NCBI GenBank assembly: GCA_965601515.1
Contig: CBFCWN010000007.1
Location: 4,992-68,991 of the forward strand
Direction: 5' to 3'
Source: an uncultured Myxococcales bacterium
Lineage (GTDB): Bacteria > Myxococcota_A > Polyangia > Polyangiales > Houyiibacteriaceae
Length of the DNA stretch: 64,000 bases
Part shown: positions 7,859 to 16,370 of the stretch, piece after piece
Position numbering within the stretch: position 1 is the first letter of the stretch
Layout: every line of letters begins with the position of its first letter
Position numbers and translations under genes: made by a program
The notes under the pieces: model-generated
What the model was told of the DNA's origin: nothing
What the model saw: only the letters and a program-made list of their open reading frames with translations
Database searches by the model: none

Positions 7859-8581
7859 TCAGCCAGAAAACGGGATGCGCTCGCGAAGCTTCTTTGAGCG
7901 CTCGCGTGCGAGAGGAACCTTCACTTCGTCCGGGTGGTCGAGCAGAAGCTGAAACGTGCCGGCTCCGGTCGGCTCGATCGCCCGAATTCGATCGTAGCGA
8001 ACGATGAACCCGCGATGCGACCGGAAGAACGACTCCGGATCGAGCTCGGCTTCGAGGACGGCCAGGGTCTTGTCGATGGCGAACCGATCCGTCGCCGTGA
8101 CCGCCCACACCAGCTCGTCTTTGACCTCGAAATACACGACGTCGTCGAGCTCGAGTACGACGTACGCGTCCCTTCGCCGGACCGCGATGCGTTGGAGGCG
8201 GTCCTGGGACGTGGCGCTCGAGGAGCCACGCACGCGCTCGACCGCCTGTCGGAGGCGTTCGAGCCTCACGGGCTTCAAGAGGTAGTCGGCGACACGTGCG
8301 TCGAAGGCCCGGAGCGCCCCCTCGTCGTGCGCGGACACGATGACGACGCTCAGGTCGGGGTGGTTCGACATCAGGGTTTCAGCGAGCGCCACGCCGTCGG
8401 GCCCCGGCATCCTCAGGTCGAGAAACGCGACGTCCGGTTTGGCGGCGGCGCACAGGTGTTGGGCTTCGGGCGCGTTGCGCGCCTCGCCGACGACCTCGAC
8501 TTCGTCGCACTGACCGAGCATGAAGCGAAGCTCGTCCCGGGCGAGAGGTTCGTCGTCGACGACGATGGCTCGAAGGTTCAT
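7859..8581 (-). CDS. LytTR-family response regulator
   Basis: The receiver reads MNLRAIVVDDEPLARDEL...DVAFLDLRMPGPDG...LLKP. It is followed by a LytTR DNA-binding domain (...FFRSHRGFIVRYDRI). I set the start at ATG 8581, which overlaps the kinase stop (ATGA). The track ORF extends spuriously to 8986. Confidence 0.9.
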   Translation of the reverse strand: MNLRAIVVDDEPLARDELRFMLGQCDEVEVVGEARNAPEAQHLCAAAKPDVAFLDLRMPGPDGVALAETLMSNHPDLSVVIVSAHDEGALRAFDARVADYLLKPVRLERLRQAVERVRGSSSATSQDRLQRIAVRRRDAYVVLELDDVVYFEVKDELVWAVTATDRFAIDKTLAVLEAELDPESFFRSHRGFIVRYDRIRAIEPTGAGTFQLLLDHPDEVKVPLARERSKKLRERIPFSG

Positions 8582-9807
8582 GCCAGTTCTCCTGCGAGAG
8601 GCGCCTGCTTCGGCAGCTCGAGTGTCACGAGCGTACCGTGGTCCAAAGCAGAAAGCTCGAGGTGAGCTTCGCCGTTGTACTGCTGTGTCAGCCGTTTTCG
8701 AAGCGTCTGAAGCGCAACGCCGGATCCCTTCGTCGATGGCCCGTGCGAGGGTCCTTCGGCCTCGTCCTCCACCTCGATTCGAAGTCGCTGTCCGAGGTCC
8801 GACGCGCGAATCGTGATGCGCCCGAGGCCCTGCTTCGGGGTGATGCCGTGTTTCACCGCGTTCTCCACGATGGGCTGCAAGAGTAGGGCAGGCACGCGAG
8901 CGTCGCGCACGCTGTCGTCGACGGACGTCTGCACCGCAAGCCGTTCGTCGCCTAGCCGAGCGCGCTCGATCGCGAGGTAGGCGCACGCGTGTTCCACCTC
9001 GTTGATCACCGACGCGTCGTGGGGGTGATGGAGGAGATAGCGATAGAGGTCTGCGAGATCGGACACGAGGGCCCTCGCCTGCTCCGGGTCGCGCCGGATG
9101 GTGGCTCGGAGCGTATTGAGGGCATTGAACAGAAAGTGCGGCTCGAGCCGACTTCGGAGCGCGGCAAGCGACATCTCATTGGCCGCGGCCTGGGCTTCGA
9201 CCAGTGCGACGGCCTGCTCCTGACGGCTGATGACCACGAGAGCGACGTTGACGAAGAGCGCCACACCGATTGCGACTCCGGCGAGCTGTGCCGCGAGGGC
9301 CGGGAGCGCGGCAACGGGATTTCCGTCGTTCACCCACAGGCCGACGGCCGTGAGCGAAAGGCCGGCAAGCTGGGCAACGGCGGCCCCACTCAAGACCCGC
9401 CAGCCGACGAACATCTTCTCGCGCCGAACCGACATGCGACCCGCCAACCATCCGTCCAGCACGGACGCCGCGACGTCCCATGGAAACCCTTCCGGGTGGA
9501 ACCGAAGCACGTAAAAACCTCCGCCCAGAAGCCCGGTGACCGCGCCGGCGCGCGGCCCTCCGAGAATGCCGGCAATGATGATGCCGACCGCGCGCAGGTT
9601 GAGATGGTGCCCGAGCCAGTCGAATCCCATCGCCGAGCCCCACATCGAAAACAGGAGGCCGAAGATCACCACGACGGCGATGTCCCGTGGCCGCCCAACG
9701 CCGAGGAGTCGATTCCGCAGAGGCGGGACGAGGACGCCGATCAGGCCGCAGGTCGCAATGAGACTCAGCTTCTCGAAGAGCTCGGGGATCAGCAGCCGTA
9801 CGTCCAC
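8578..9807 (-). CDS. LytS-type sensor histidine kinase (5TM receptor domain plus His_kinase/HATPase)
   Basis: The N-terminus is multi-TM. The H-box is LEPHFLFNALNTL. The ATPase region is LLLQPIVENAVKHG...GSGVALQTLRKRL. Confidence 0.9.
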   Translation of the reverse strand: MDVRLLIPELFEKLSLIATCGLIGVLVPPLRNRLLGVGRPRDIAVVVIFGLLFSMWGSAMGFDWLGHHLNLRAVGIIIAGILGGPRAGAVTGLLGGGFYVLRFHPEGFPWDVAASVLDGWLAGRMSVRREKMFVGWRVLSGAAVAQLAGLSLTAVGLWVNDGNPVAALPALAAQLAGVAIGVALFVNVALVVISRQEQAVALVEAQAAANEMSLAALRSRLEPHFLFNALNTLRATIRRDPEQARALVSDLADLYRYLLHHPHDASVINEVEHACAYLAIERARLGDERLAVQTSVDDSVRDARVPALLLQPIVENAVKHGITPKQGLGRITIRASDLGQRLRIEVEDEAEGPSHGPSTKGSGVALQTLRKRLTQQYNGEAHLELSALDHGTLVTLELPKQAPLAGELA

Positions 9808-9876
9808 CGGCAGAGCCTAGCAGCGTTTGTGCGCGTCGGCGTGGTCTTCGCGGAACCGCTGAGCTATCGTCTGCCC

Positions 9877-10083
9877 ATGCTTCGTGCGCGCCGCATGCCG
9901 CTTTTCGCCTCCGTTTTCGTGGGGTCCGCCGTGGTTGCTGCCTGCGGTGCGAACATCACACCGAAGCAGATCGACGAGCCCTGCACGCGGACGTCGCAGT
10001 GCGACACTGGCCTGGTGTGTCTGACCGGTGTTTGTCAGGGGGACTCGGAGGCCGGGACGGGCGGCGCCGGCGGTAGCCCCTAA
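9877..10083 (+). CDS. Small Cys-rich lipoprotein (hypothetical)
   Basis: The 68-aa sequence is MLRARRMPLFASVFVGSAVVAACGANITPKQIDEPCTRTSQCDTGLVCLTGVCQGD..., with a lipobox (VAAC) and a CxxxxxC-type motif. It is the only plausible gene in this gap. It is the tail of a long track ORF (8989-10083). Confidence 0.5.
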   Translation: MLRARRMPLFASVFVGSAVVAACGANITPKQIDEPCTRTSQCDTGLVCLTGVCQGDSEAGTGGAGGSP

Positions 10084-10096
10084 CCTTTGGGCACGC

Positions 10097-10477
10097 TCAC
10101 TGCGTGCCGGACGCTTCGAGAAGGCTCCCGCCCTGATCGATGTACTCGAACCCGCCCTTCAGTACGAAGAACGCGCCGTTGTCCGCTCGGACCGTGACGT
10201 CCACTCGGCCGGGTTCGAAGCGACGGGGGGTCACCGCGAGCAGCGCCTGTTCGTTCTGAATCGAGACCTGCGCCGAGCGCTGTTTGCCGAAGTACACCGC
10301 GTAGCCGATGTCGAGTCGGACGTTCTCGCCGACGACGCGCACGGTCTTTCCACCCTGGAGTCCGCCGAAATCCGGATCGAGCCGTTGGAACGTCATCGCG
10401 GACGACTCCTGCTCGCACCCAGCGAGTAGGAGCGACACGGCGATCACCCAGAGAGCTCTATTGCGGCCTTCCCTCAT
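10097..10477 (-). CDS. IPT/TIG-domain lipoprotein
   Basis: The lipobox is LLLAGC. It is followed by GGLQGGKTVRVVGENV...LLAVTPRRFEPGRVDVTVRADNG, an Ig-like IPT fold signature. Confidence 0.7.
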   Translation of the reverse strand: MREGRNRALWVIAVSLLLAGCEQESSAMTFQRLDPDFGGLQGGKTVRVVGENVRLDIGYAVYFGKQRSAQVSIQNEQALLAVTPRRFEPGRVDVTVRADNGAFFVLKGGFEYIDQGGSLLEASGTQ

Positions 10478-10569
10478 CCCCCTACCAAGAAATTACCACG
10501 ATCTCGATTCGGAGGCATGCTTGACATGAGCGTGGGCCCATTCGCACACTCGCGCTTACCGAAGTTGCA

Positions 10570-13116
10570 GTGACCAAGCAGAACCTCCTCGTCGTCGATG
10601 CCGACCCCCGCAGCCTGCGCGTGCTCGAAGTCAGCCTACGCAACGCGGGCTATAACGTCGCCGGCTGCCCGAGCGTGGGAAAAGCTTTCGAGATCCTCCA
10701 CGCGAATAAGCCCGATCTCATCCTTTCGGATACCGCGTTCGCGGATATGGATGGCTTCCAATTCGTCGAACAGCTGCGTCAGAACAGCGATTGGGCGGAG
10801 ATCCCGTTCATGTTCCTGTCGAGCGACGGGTCGATCGAGAGCAAGATCCGCGGCCTCGAGCTGGGCGTCGAAGACTACCTCACGAAGCCTATCTACATCC
10901 GCGAGGTGGTCGCGCGGGTCGGAATCGAGCTCGCGCGGCAGACCCGGGCCGGGCTCGCTCTGAAAAGCACCGACGGACGCACGCGCTTCAGCGGCTCACT
11001 CACGGAGATGAGCGTCGTCGACCTTCTGCAGACGATCGACGTGAGCCGAAAGTCTGGAGTGCTGACGCTCATCGCCGCCGACGGGCAGGAAGGCATGATC
11101 TCGTTCGACTCCGGCGCCGTCATCAACGCGATGGTCGAAGACCTTCGGGGCGAGGATGCGATCTACCGTCAGCTCCTGTGGCGGGAAGGTACGTTTGACC
11201 TCGAGTTCCGACAGGTGAGCCTGAGCGAGCGGACCGTACACCGAACCACGCAGGCGCTTCTGATGGAGGGCATGCGACGGCTCGACGAGTGGAGCCGTCT
11301 GTCCGAGCTTCTGCCTCCCTTCACGAAGGTGCTCGAGCTCGACGCCGAGATGCTTCGAGAGCGACTGCGCGAAATGCCTGACGACCAGAACCAGATGGTA
11401 CGGCTGATCGACGGGGAACGGACGATCGGCGAGGTGATTCGTGCACACGGGGGCGACCACGTGGATGCGCTTCGCAAGTTCGTCGATCTCTACTTCGAGG
11501 GGATGGTCCGCGAGGTCGGCGAGATCAAAGACTCGATTCCCGTGTTGGCCGAGGCGTTCGTCGTTTCGTCGGCGCCGCCGCCACGCGAAGGCATCAATAC
11601 GATTCCCGGGCCCGGCGGCGTTTCGGGCGCCAACGTCTCGGTCCCTGGCGCTCCTGGGCTTCCCGAGGTGTCGAAAACTTCGATCACGGCTCCCGACATC
11701 CCCTCGGTCGCGGATTCGCTCGCGGCGACGGTCATTGCGCCAGCGTCGGAGTCTCCGGGCGCGCCGTTGTCCGTTCCGGCATCGGCTCCCGTGCCCGGCT
11801 CGACACACCCTTCCGATCAGGTGACGACGCCGGTGTCGCTGCCTTCCCCGAAGCTCGACGCCACCGACATCTCCGATGAGGAGATCACGACGCCCTCGGG
11901 CCGTTCGGCGCCGCCACCGCCCAACACGAAGAAGGGCTGGAAGCCGGCGCCGCCTCCCGCGGCTGGCGGCTCCAACCGCACGCGCCAGCAAACTCCGCGT
12001 GGATTTCAGCAGGCAAGTCCGGAACGCTCGTCGTTTTCGGGCGGCACCATTCTCAACTGGTCGGACCGTCTCACGAACCTCGACGAGGGAGCAGACGACG
12101 GCGGGCGTGAAACCGTCGAGATGGGGAAGTGGGACGACTCGCTCGAGGAGCTCCGAAGCGATCCTGACGTCGACGAGGCGATCGAAGCGATCGATTCGGA
12201 TCCGCCCCCTGGCCCGTTCGTTCGTTCGACTCCACCAGGTGCGCCGCCGGAGGAAGATGCGGTACAGGCGAAACGAGACACGCCTGCGCAGGAGGACTCG
12301 GCCGAACCGGAAACCGCAGACGAGCCGGATGACGTCGACCCGAACTATCACGAGCCGGACGACGTGGACCCTCCGCCGCTCACCTACGAGCAGGTGTTCG
12401 AGTCCGAGGAGGACGCAAGCATCCGCGCGCCACGCGCCGTCGAGCCGACCTCGATCGTCGTTGCCGGAAACGCGAAGCCGAGCGTGTTCCCATGGGTCCT
12501 GCTGCTGATGGCCGTGGTGTTGGGGGCGAGCGCGGTGGCCTTCGTCGTCACCCAGCGACGAGAGCCGGCAGCCGTGGCTACACCGAGTTCAGAGCCCGTC
12601 GTCCTGCCCGACCCCGCAACGGTCCTTGCTGCGGAGCCCGAAGTGGCCGCGGATACCGAGACGGTGACAGCGTCCGCCCGGCCGGAGCCCGAACCGGCAC
12701 CGGACCAGGTACTCGACCAGGTACCCGAACCACTGCCGGTCGAAGATCCCGATGCGATCTACCCAGAGACGGGCGCTCCGGACACGTATGCGGCTCAGCT
12801 CGAGCTCGCACGTCGGCTGAAGCGAGGGTCGCGCGCGACGGCGGCCTACCGGCGTGCGATCGCGTTGAATCCAGAGGGGTCCGAAGCGCTCGCCGAGCTC
12901 GGTCGATTGATGCTCGCTCGACAGCACACTCGGGAGGCGACCGAGCTTGCGGAGCGCGCGACCGCGATCGATCCGAGCAACTCGCTCGCGTGGGTGACGC
13001 TCGGGGCCGCGCGACAGATGCGCGGCGATCGGCAGGGCGCGCGCCAGGCCTACCAGAGCTGCTCGAAGCTCGGAAGAGGCCGATACGTGTCCGAGTGCCG
13101 CGCCATGCTGCGCTGA
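10570..13116 (+). CDS. Response-regulator receiver, DUF4388, Pro-rich linker, single TM segment and C-terminal TPR protein
   Basis: The start is GTG. The receiver reads LLVVDADP...DLILSDTAFADMDG...FLSS...LTKP. The DUF4388 signature is FSGSLTEMSVVDLLQTIDVSRKSGVLTL. About 300 aa of low-complexity P/S/A/E sequence follows. The TM segment is VFPWVLLLMAVVLGASAVAFVV. TPR repeats lie at the C-terminus (YRRAIALNPEGSEALAELGRL...). Confidence 0.85.
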   Translation: MTKQNLLVVDADPRSLRVLEVSLRNAGYNVAGCPSVGKAFEILHANKPDLILSDTAFADMDGFQFVEQLRQNSDWAEIPFMFLSSDGSIESKIRGLELGVEDYLTKPIYIREVVARVGIELARQTRAGLALKSTDGRTRFSGSLTEMSVVDLLQTIDVSRKSGVLTLIAADGQEGMISFDSGAVINAMVEDLRGEDAIYRQLLWREGTFDLEFRQVSLSERTVHRTTQALLMEGMRRLDEWSRLSELLPPFTKVLELDAEMLRERLREMPDDQNQMVRLIDGERTIGEVIRAHGGDHVDALRKFVDLYFEGMVREVGEIKDSIPVLAEAFVVSSAPPPREGINTIPGPGGVSGANVSVPGAPGLPEVSKTSITAPDIPSVADSLAATVIAPASESPGAPLSVPASAPVPGSTHPSDQVTTPVSLPSPKLDATDISDEEITTPSGRSAPPPPNTKKGWKPAPPPAAGGSNRTRQQTPRGFQQASPERSSFSGGTILNWSDRLTNLDEGADDGGRETVEMGKWDDSLEELRSDPDVDEAIEAIDSDPPPGPFVRSTPPGAPPEEDAVQAKRDTPAQEDSAEPETADEPDDVDPNYHEPDDVDPPPLTYEQVFESEEDASIRAPRAVEPTSIVVAGNAKPSVFPWVLLLMAVVLGASAVAFVVTQRREPAAVATPSSEPVVLPDPATVLAAEPEVAADTETVTASARPEPEPAPDQVLDQVPEPLPVEDPDAIYPETGAPDTYAAQLELARRLKRGSRATAAYRRAIALNPEGSEALAELGRLMLARQHTREATELAERATAIDPSNSLAWVTLGAARQMRGDRQGARQAYQSCSKLGRGRYVSECRAMLR

Positions 13117-13184
13117 GTCGGTCGCCAACTTTCTGGGTTCGCGTCGCTGCTGCTAGACTCCGGTGATGACTCTGGGGGGATGCG

Positions 13185-13763
13185 TTGGCCGTGGCTGAGC
13201 CGTTCGTTCACGAGACGGCTGTCGTCGACGAAGGCGCGGTGCTCGGGGAAGGCACTCGCGTGTGGCACTTCTCGCACGTGTCGTCGGGGGCTCGTCTCGG
13301 GGCGCGCTGCGTACTCGGGCAAAACGTGTTCGTCGGACCGAGCGTCGCGATCGGCGACGGTGTGAAAATCCAGAACAACGTGTCGGTTTATTCGGGAGTC
13401 ACCTTGGAAGACCACGTGTTCCTCGGACCGAGCTGCGTGTTCACCAACGTGCTCACACCGCGGGCCCACGTGGAGCGGAAAGACGAGTTTGCCGAGACGC
13501 GGGTGGGTCGCGGCGCCACCGTGGGCGCCAACGCGACCATCGTTTGTGGACACGACCTTGGAGAGTACTCTTTGATTGGGGCTGGCGCGGTCGTCACCCG
13601 CGAAGTACCCCCGCACGCCGTGGTCGTGGGGAACCCAGCGCGCCGATTCGGTTGGGCCTGCCGCTGCGGCGAGGTTTTGCCCGACACCCGTGTTTGTCCG
13701 AGGTGTGGCGACACATACCGGATCGAAGGCGAGCGATGCGTTCGAGTGGGCGGCGATGACTGA
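13185..13763 (+). CDS. Left-handed beta-helix sugar N-acetyltransferase (WbpD/WlbB-like) with a C-terminal Cys4 ribbon
   Basis: Hexapeptide repeats are present (VVDEGAVLGEGTRVWHFSHV...IGDGVKIQNNVSVY...). The tail is CRCGEVLPDTRVCPRCG. The start is TTG at 13185, or GTG at 13191. Confidence 0.8.
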   Translation: MAVAEPFVHETAVVDEGAVLGEGTRVWHFSHVSSGARLGARCVLGQNVFVGPSVAIGDGVKIQNNVSVYSGVTLEDHVFLGPSCVFTNVLTPRAHVERKDEFAETRVGRGATVGANATIVCGHDLGEYSLIGAGAVVTREVPPHAVVVGNPARRFGWACRCGEVLPDTRVCPRCGDTYRIEGERCVRVGGDD

Positions 13764-14886
13764 AGAAGCGATCCCCATGCTCGACGTCGTCGAGCAAAAT
13801 GGTCCGCTCCTCGATGCCCTCGTCGCGAAGGCCGCCGACGTCATTCGCTCGGGACAGTACGTCCTCGGACCCGAAGTCGAAGCCTTCGAAGAGGAAATCG
13901 CGGCGCACCTAGGGGTGAAGCACGCGATCGGTGTGTCGAGTGGGACCGACGCATTGCTGCTCGCGCTGATGGCCCACGGGATCGGCCCCGGCGACGAGGT
14001 GATCACGACCCCGTTCTCGTTCTTTGCCACGGCGGGCTGTATCGCTCGAGTTGGTGCGAAGCCCGTCTTCGTCGACATTCGTCCGGACACCTTCAATCTC
14101 GATGTCGATCGCGTCGAGGCGGCAATCGGCGAACGCACTCGCGCGATCGTTCCGGTGCACCTCTTCGGTCAGGCGGCCGACATGAAGTCGCTTTGGCAGG
14201 TCGCTTGCGAGCACGATCTGCCTATCATCGAAGATGCGGCACAGGCGGTGGGAGCCCAAAGCCCAGTCGGCCCCGTGGGAAAGCTCGGCACCTACGGTTG
14301 CTTCTCGTTTTTCCCTTCGAAGAACCTTGGCGGTTTCGGTGACGGGGGGCTTGTCACGACCGAGCTCCCCGAGCTGGCCGAGACCGCTCGCGTGATCCGC
14401 GCCCACGGCAGCAAGCCGAAGTATCATCACGCCCTGGTCGGTGGGAACTTCCGACTCGATGCGCTCCAGGCCGCGCTTCTTCGTGTGAAGCTTCCCGAGC
14501 TTCGCGGGTGGACCGAGGGTCGGGTGACGAATGCGGATCGCTATGACGCCGCGTTCGGTGATGCGGACCTCCCGGCGCCTCTCCTTCGGATCCCCAAGCG
14601 CGTTCACGACGGCCACGTCTACAACCAGTACGTGATTCGCACGACACACCGTGACGCCCTTCAGGCTCATCTGCGCTCTGCGGACATTGCCACCGCGATC
14701 TACTATCCGGTGCCCCTCCACCGGCAGAAGTGCTTTTTCGACCTCGGCTACGAGGAGGGTTCACTGCCAGAGGCGGAGAGAGCGAGCCGCGAAGTCCTGG
14801 CGCTTCCGATTTTCGCGGGGCTCGGCGAAACGCGCCAGCAGCGCGTCATCGACGAGGTCGTTGGCTTTCTCCGCACGTTGCGGTAG
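13756..14886 (+). CDS. DegT/DnrJ/EryC1/StrS-family PLP-dependent sugar aminotransferase
   Basis: The sequence reads MTEEAIPMLDVVEQNGPLLDAL...GVSSGTDALLLAL...FSFFPSKNLGGFGDGG. ATG 13756 overlaps the upstream stop by 8 nt. The track ORF starts further upstream in an overlapping region. Confidence 0.9.
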   Translation: MTEEAIPMLDVVEQNGPLLDALVAKAADVIRSGQYVLGPEVEAFEEEIAAHLGVKHAIGVSSGTDALLLALMAHGIGPGDEVITTPFSFFATAGCIARVGAKPVFVDIRPDTFNLDVDRVEAAIGERTRAIVPVHLFGQAADMKSLWQVACEHDLPIIEDAAQAVGAQSPVGPVGKLGTYGCFSFFPSKNLGGFGDGGLVTTELPELAETARVIRAHGSKPKYHHALVGGNFRLDALQAALLRVKLPELRGWTEGRVTNADRYDAAFGDADLPAPLLRIPKRVHDGHVYNQYVIRTTHRDALQAHLRSADIATAIYYPVPLHRQKCFFDLGYEEGSLPEAERASREVLALPIFAGLGETRQQRVIDEVVGFLRTLR

Positions 14887-14924
14887 CCAAGGCCCGTTCG
14901 GCACCTTACAGTGCCTCGAGCCCC

Positions 14925-16370
14925 ATGACAGGTCGTTATCATGCACCCTTCGCCGCGAAAGGGTCGCACAGCATCGATGCAGACGTTGCCAACCGGCTTC
15001 TTCGCATCGCCATGGATCAGGGTGGCGACTACGCCGACCTGTTCTTCGAGTATTCCGTGAGCGGAAGCTACGCTTACGACGAACAGATCCTGAAGTCGGC
15101 GCGGCGCGCGGTCTCCATGGGCCTCGGCGTGCGCGTCATGAAAGGAGACTCGACCGGCTACGCCTACTGCGAGGAGCTCTCCTTCGAAGCGATGAAGCGT
15201 GCGGCTGAAACCGCCGCGCAGATCGCAGCGGGGTCCTCCTCGGTTGCACCCGTCGACGTGGAGTTCCGCGACACGCCCGACCGGTATCCAGTCGGGGTCG
15301 AGTCCATCGACGTCGACGGCGAGCACAAAAAGGCGCTGCTCGATCGCGCGGACCGGGCGGCGCGCGCTGCCGATCCCCGGGTCATTCGCGTCGACGCTTC
15401 GCTAGCGGAGGGAGTCCGGGAGATTCTCGTCGCCAACAGCCTCGGTCACATGGCGAGCGACCGGCAGCCGATGATGCGCTTTGGCGTGAGGGTCATCGCC
15501 GACGACAATGGCAATCGTCAGTCCGGTTCGTCGGGCGGCGGAGGCCGCGTCGGGCTCGAGTATTTCGACGAGAAGACCCCGGAGTGGCACGCGAAGCAAG
15601 CGGTGCAACAGGCGCTCATCATGCTCGACGCGCGTGAGGCCCCCGCCGGCGAAATGGACGTGGTCCTCGCCCCGGGAGACAGCGGGATTCTGCTCCACGA
15701 AGCGGTTGGGCACGGCCTCGAAGCCGACTTCAACCGCAAGAAGACCAGCAACTACTCCGACCGAGTCGGAGAGTCCGTGGCCAGCGAGCTTTGCACCGTG
15801 GTCGACGACGCGACGCTCACCGGCTCCCGAGGGTCGATCAATGTCGACGACGAAGGACAGCTGCCATCCCGTTCGGTGCTGATCGAGGGCGGCGTGCTCC
15901 GCGGCTACATGCAGGACAGGCACAGTGCGGAGTTCTTCGGCACCGCCCCCGATGGACACGGACGCCGACAGAGCTTTCGCTCGCACCCGATGCCGCGCAT
16001 GACCAACACGTTGCTGCTCGGAGGTCAGGACTCGCCCGAGGACATCATCCGAAGCGTCAGCCGTGGCGTGTATGCGAAGAAGTTTGGCGGTGGCCAGGTC
16101 GACATCTCGAACGGCGACTTCGTCTTCTCGCTGACGGAGGGATACCTCATCGAGGACGGCAAGCTGACCGCGCCGCTCAAGGGAGTGAACCTCATCGGAA
16201 ACGGGCCGGAGGCCATGCGGAATGTCAACATGCTCGGGCACGACTTCGAGATTTCCGATGGTATCTGGACGTGCGGCAAAGACGGCCAGTCCGTACCAGT
16301 GGGCGTCGGGTGCCCGACCATCAAGATCGCTGCGATGACCGTGGGCGGGACCCAGGTGGCCGGGGGATGA
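14925..16370 (+). CDS. tldD: Metalloprotease TldD
   Basis: It carries DYADLFFEYSVSGSYAYDEQILKSA...GLGVRVMKGDSTGYAY...HEAVGHGLEADF... The start is ATG 14925. Confidence 0.93.
   Translation: MTGRYHAPFAAKGSHSIDADVANRLLRIAMDQGGDYADLFFEYSVSGSYAYDEQILKSARRAVSMGLGVRVMKGDSTGYAYCEELSFEAMKRAAETAAQIAAGSSSVAPVDVEFRDTPDRYPVGVESIDVDGEHKKALLDRADRAARAADPRVIRVDASLAEGVREILVANSLGHMASDRQPMMRFGVRVIADDNGNRQSGSSGGGGRVGLEYFDEKTPEWHAKQAVQQALIMLDAREAPAGEMDVVLAPGDSGILLHEAVGHGLEADFNRKKTSNYSDRVGESVASELCTVVDDATLTGSRGSINVDDEGQLPSRSVLIEGGVLRGYMQDRHSAEFFGTAPDGHGRRQSFRSHPMPRMTNTLLLGGQDSPEDIIRSVSRGVYAKKFGGGQVDISNGDFVFSLTEGYLIEDGKLTAPLKGVNLIGNGPEAMRNVNMLGHDFEISDGIWTCGKDGQSVPVGVGCPTIKIAAMTVGGTQVAGG

Noticed and set aside
10996-12351. 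451-aa minus-strand ORF
   Set aside because: It is antisense to the Pro-rich linker of the REC-DUF4388-TPR gene. Its composition is Arg-rich nonsense, and I saw no start context or motifs.
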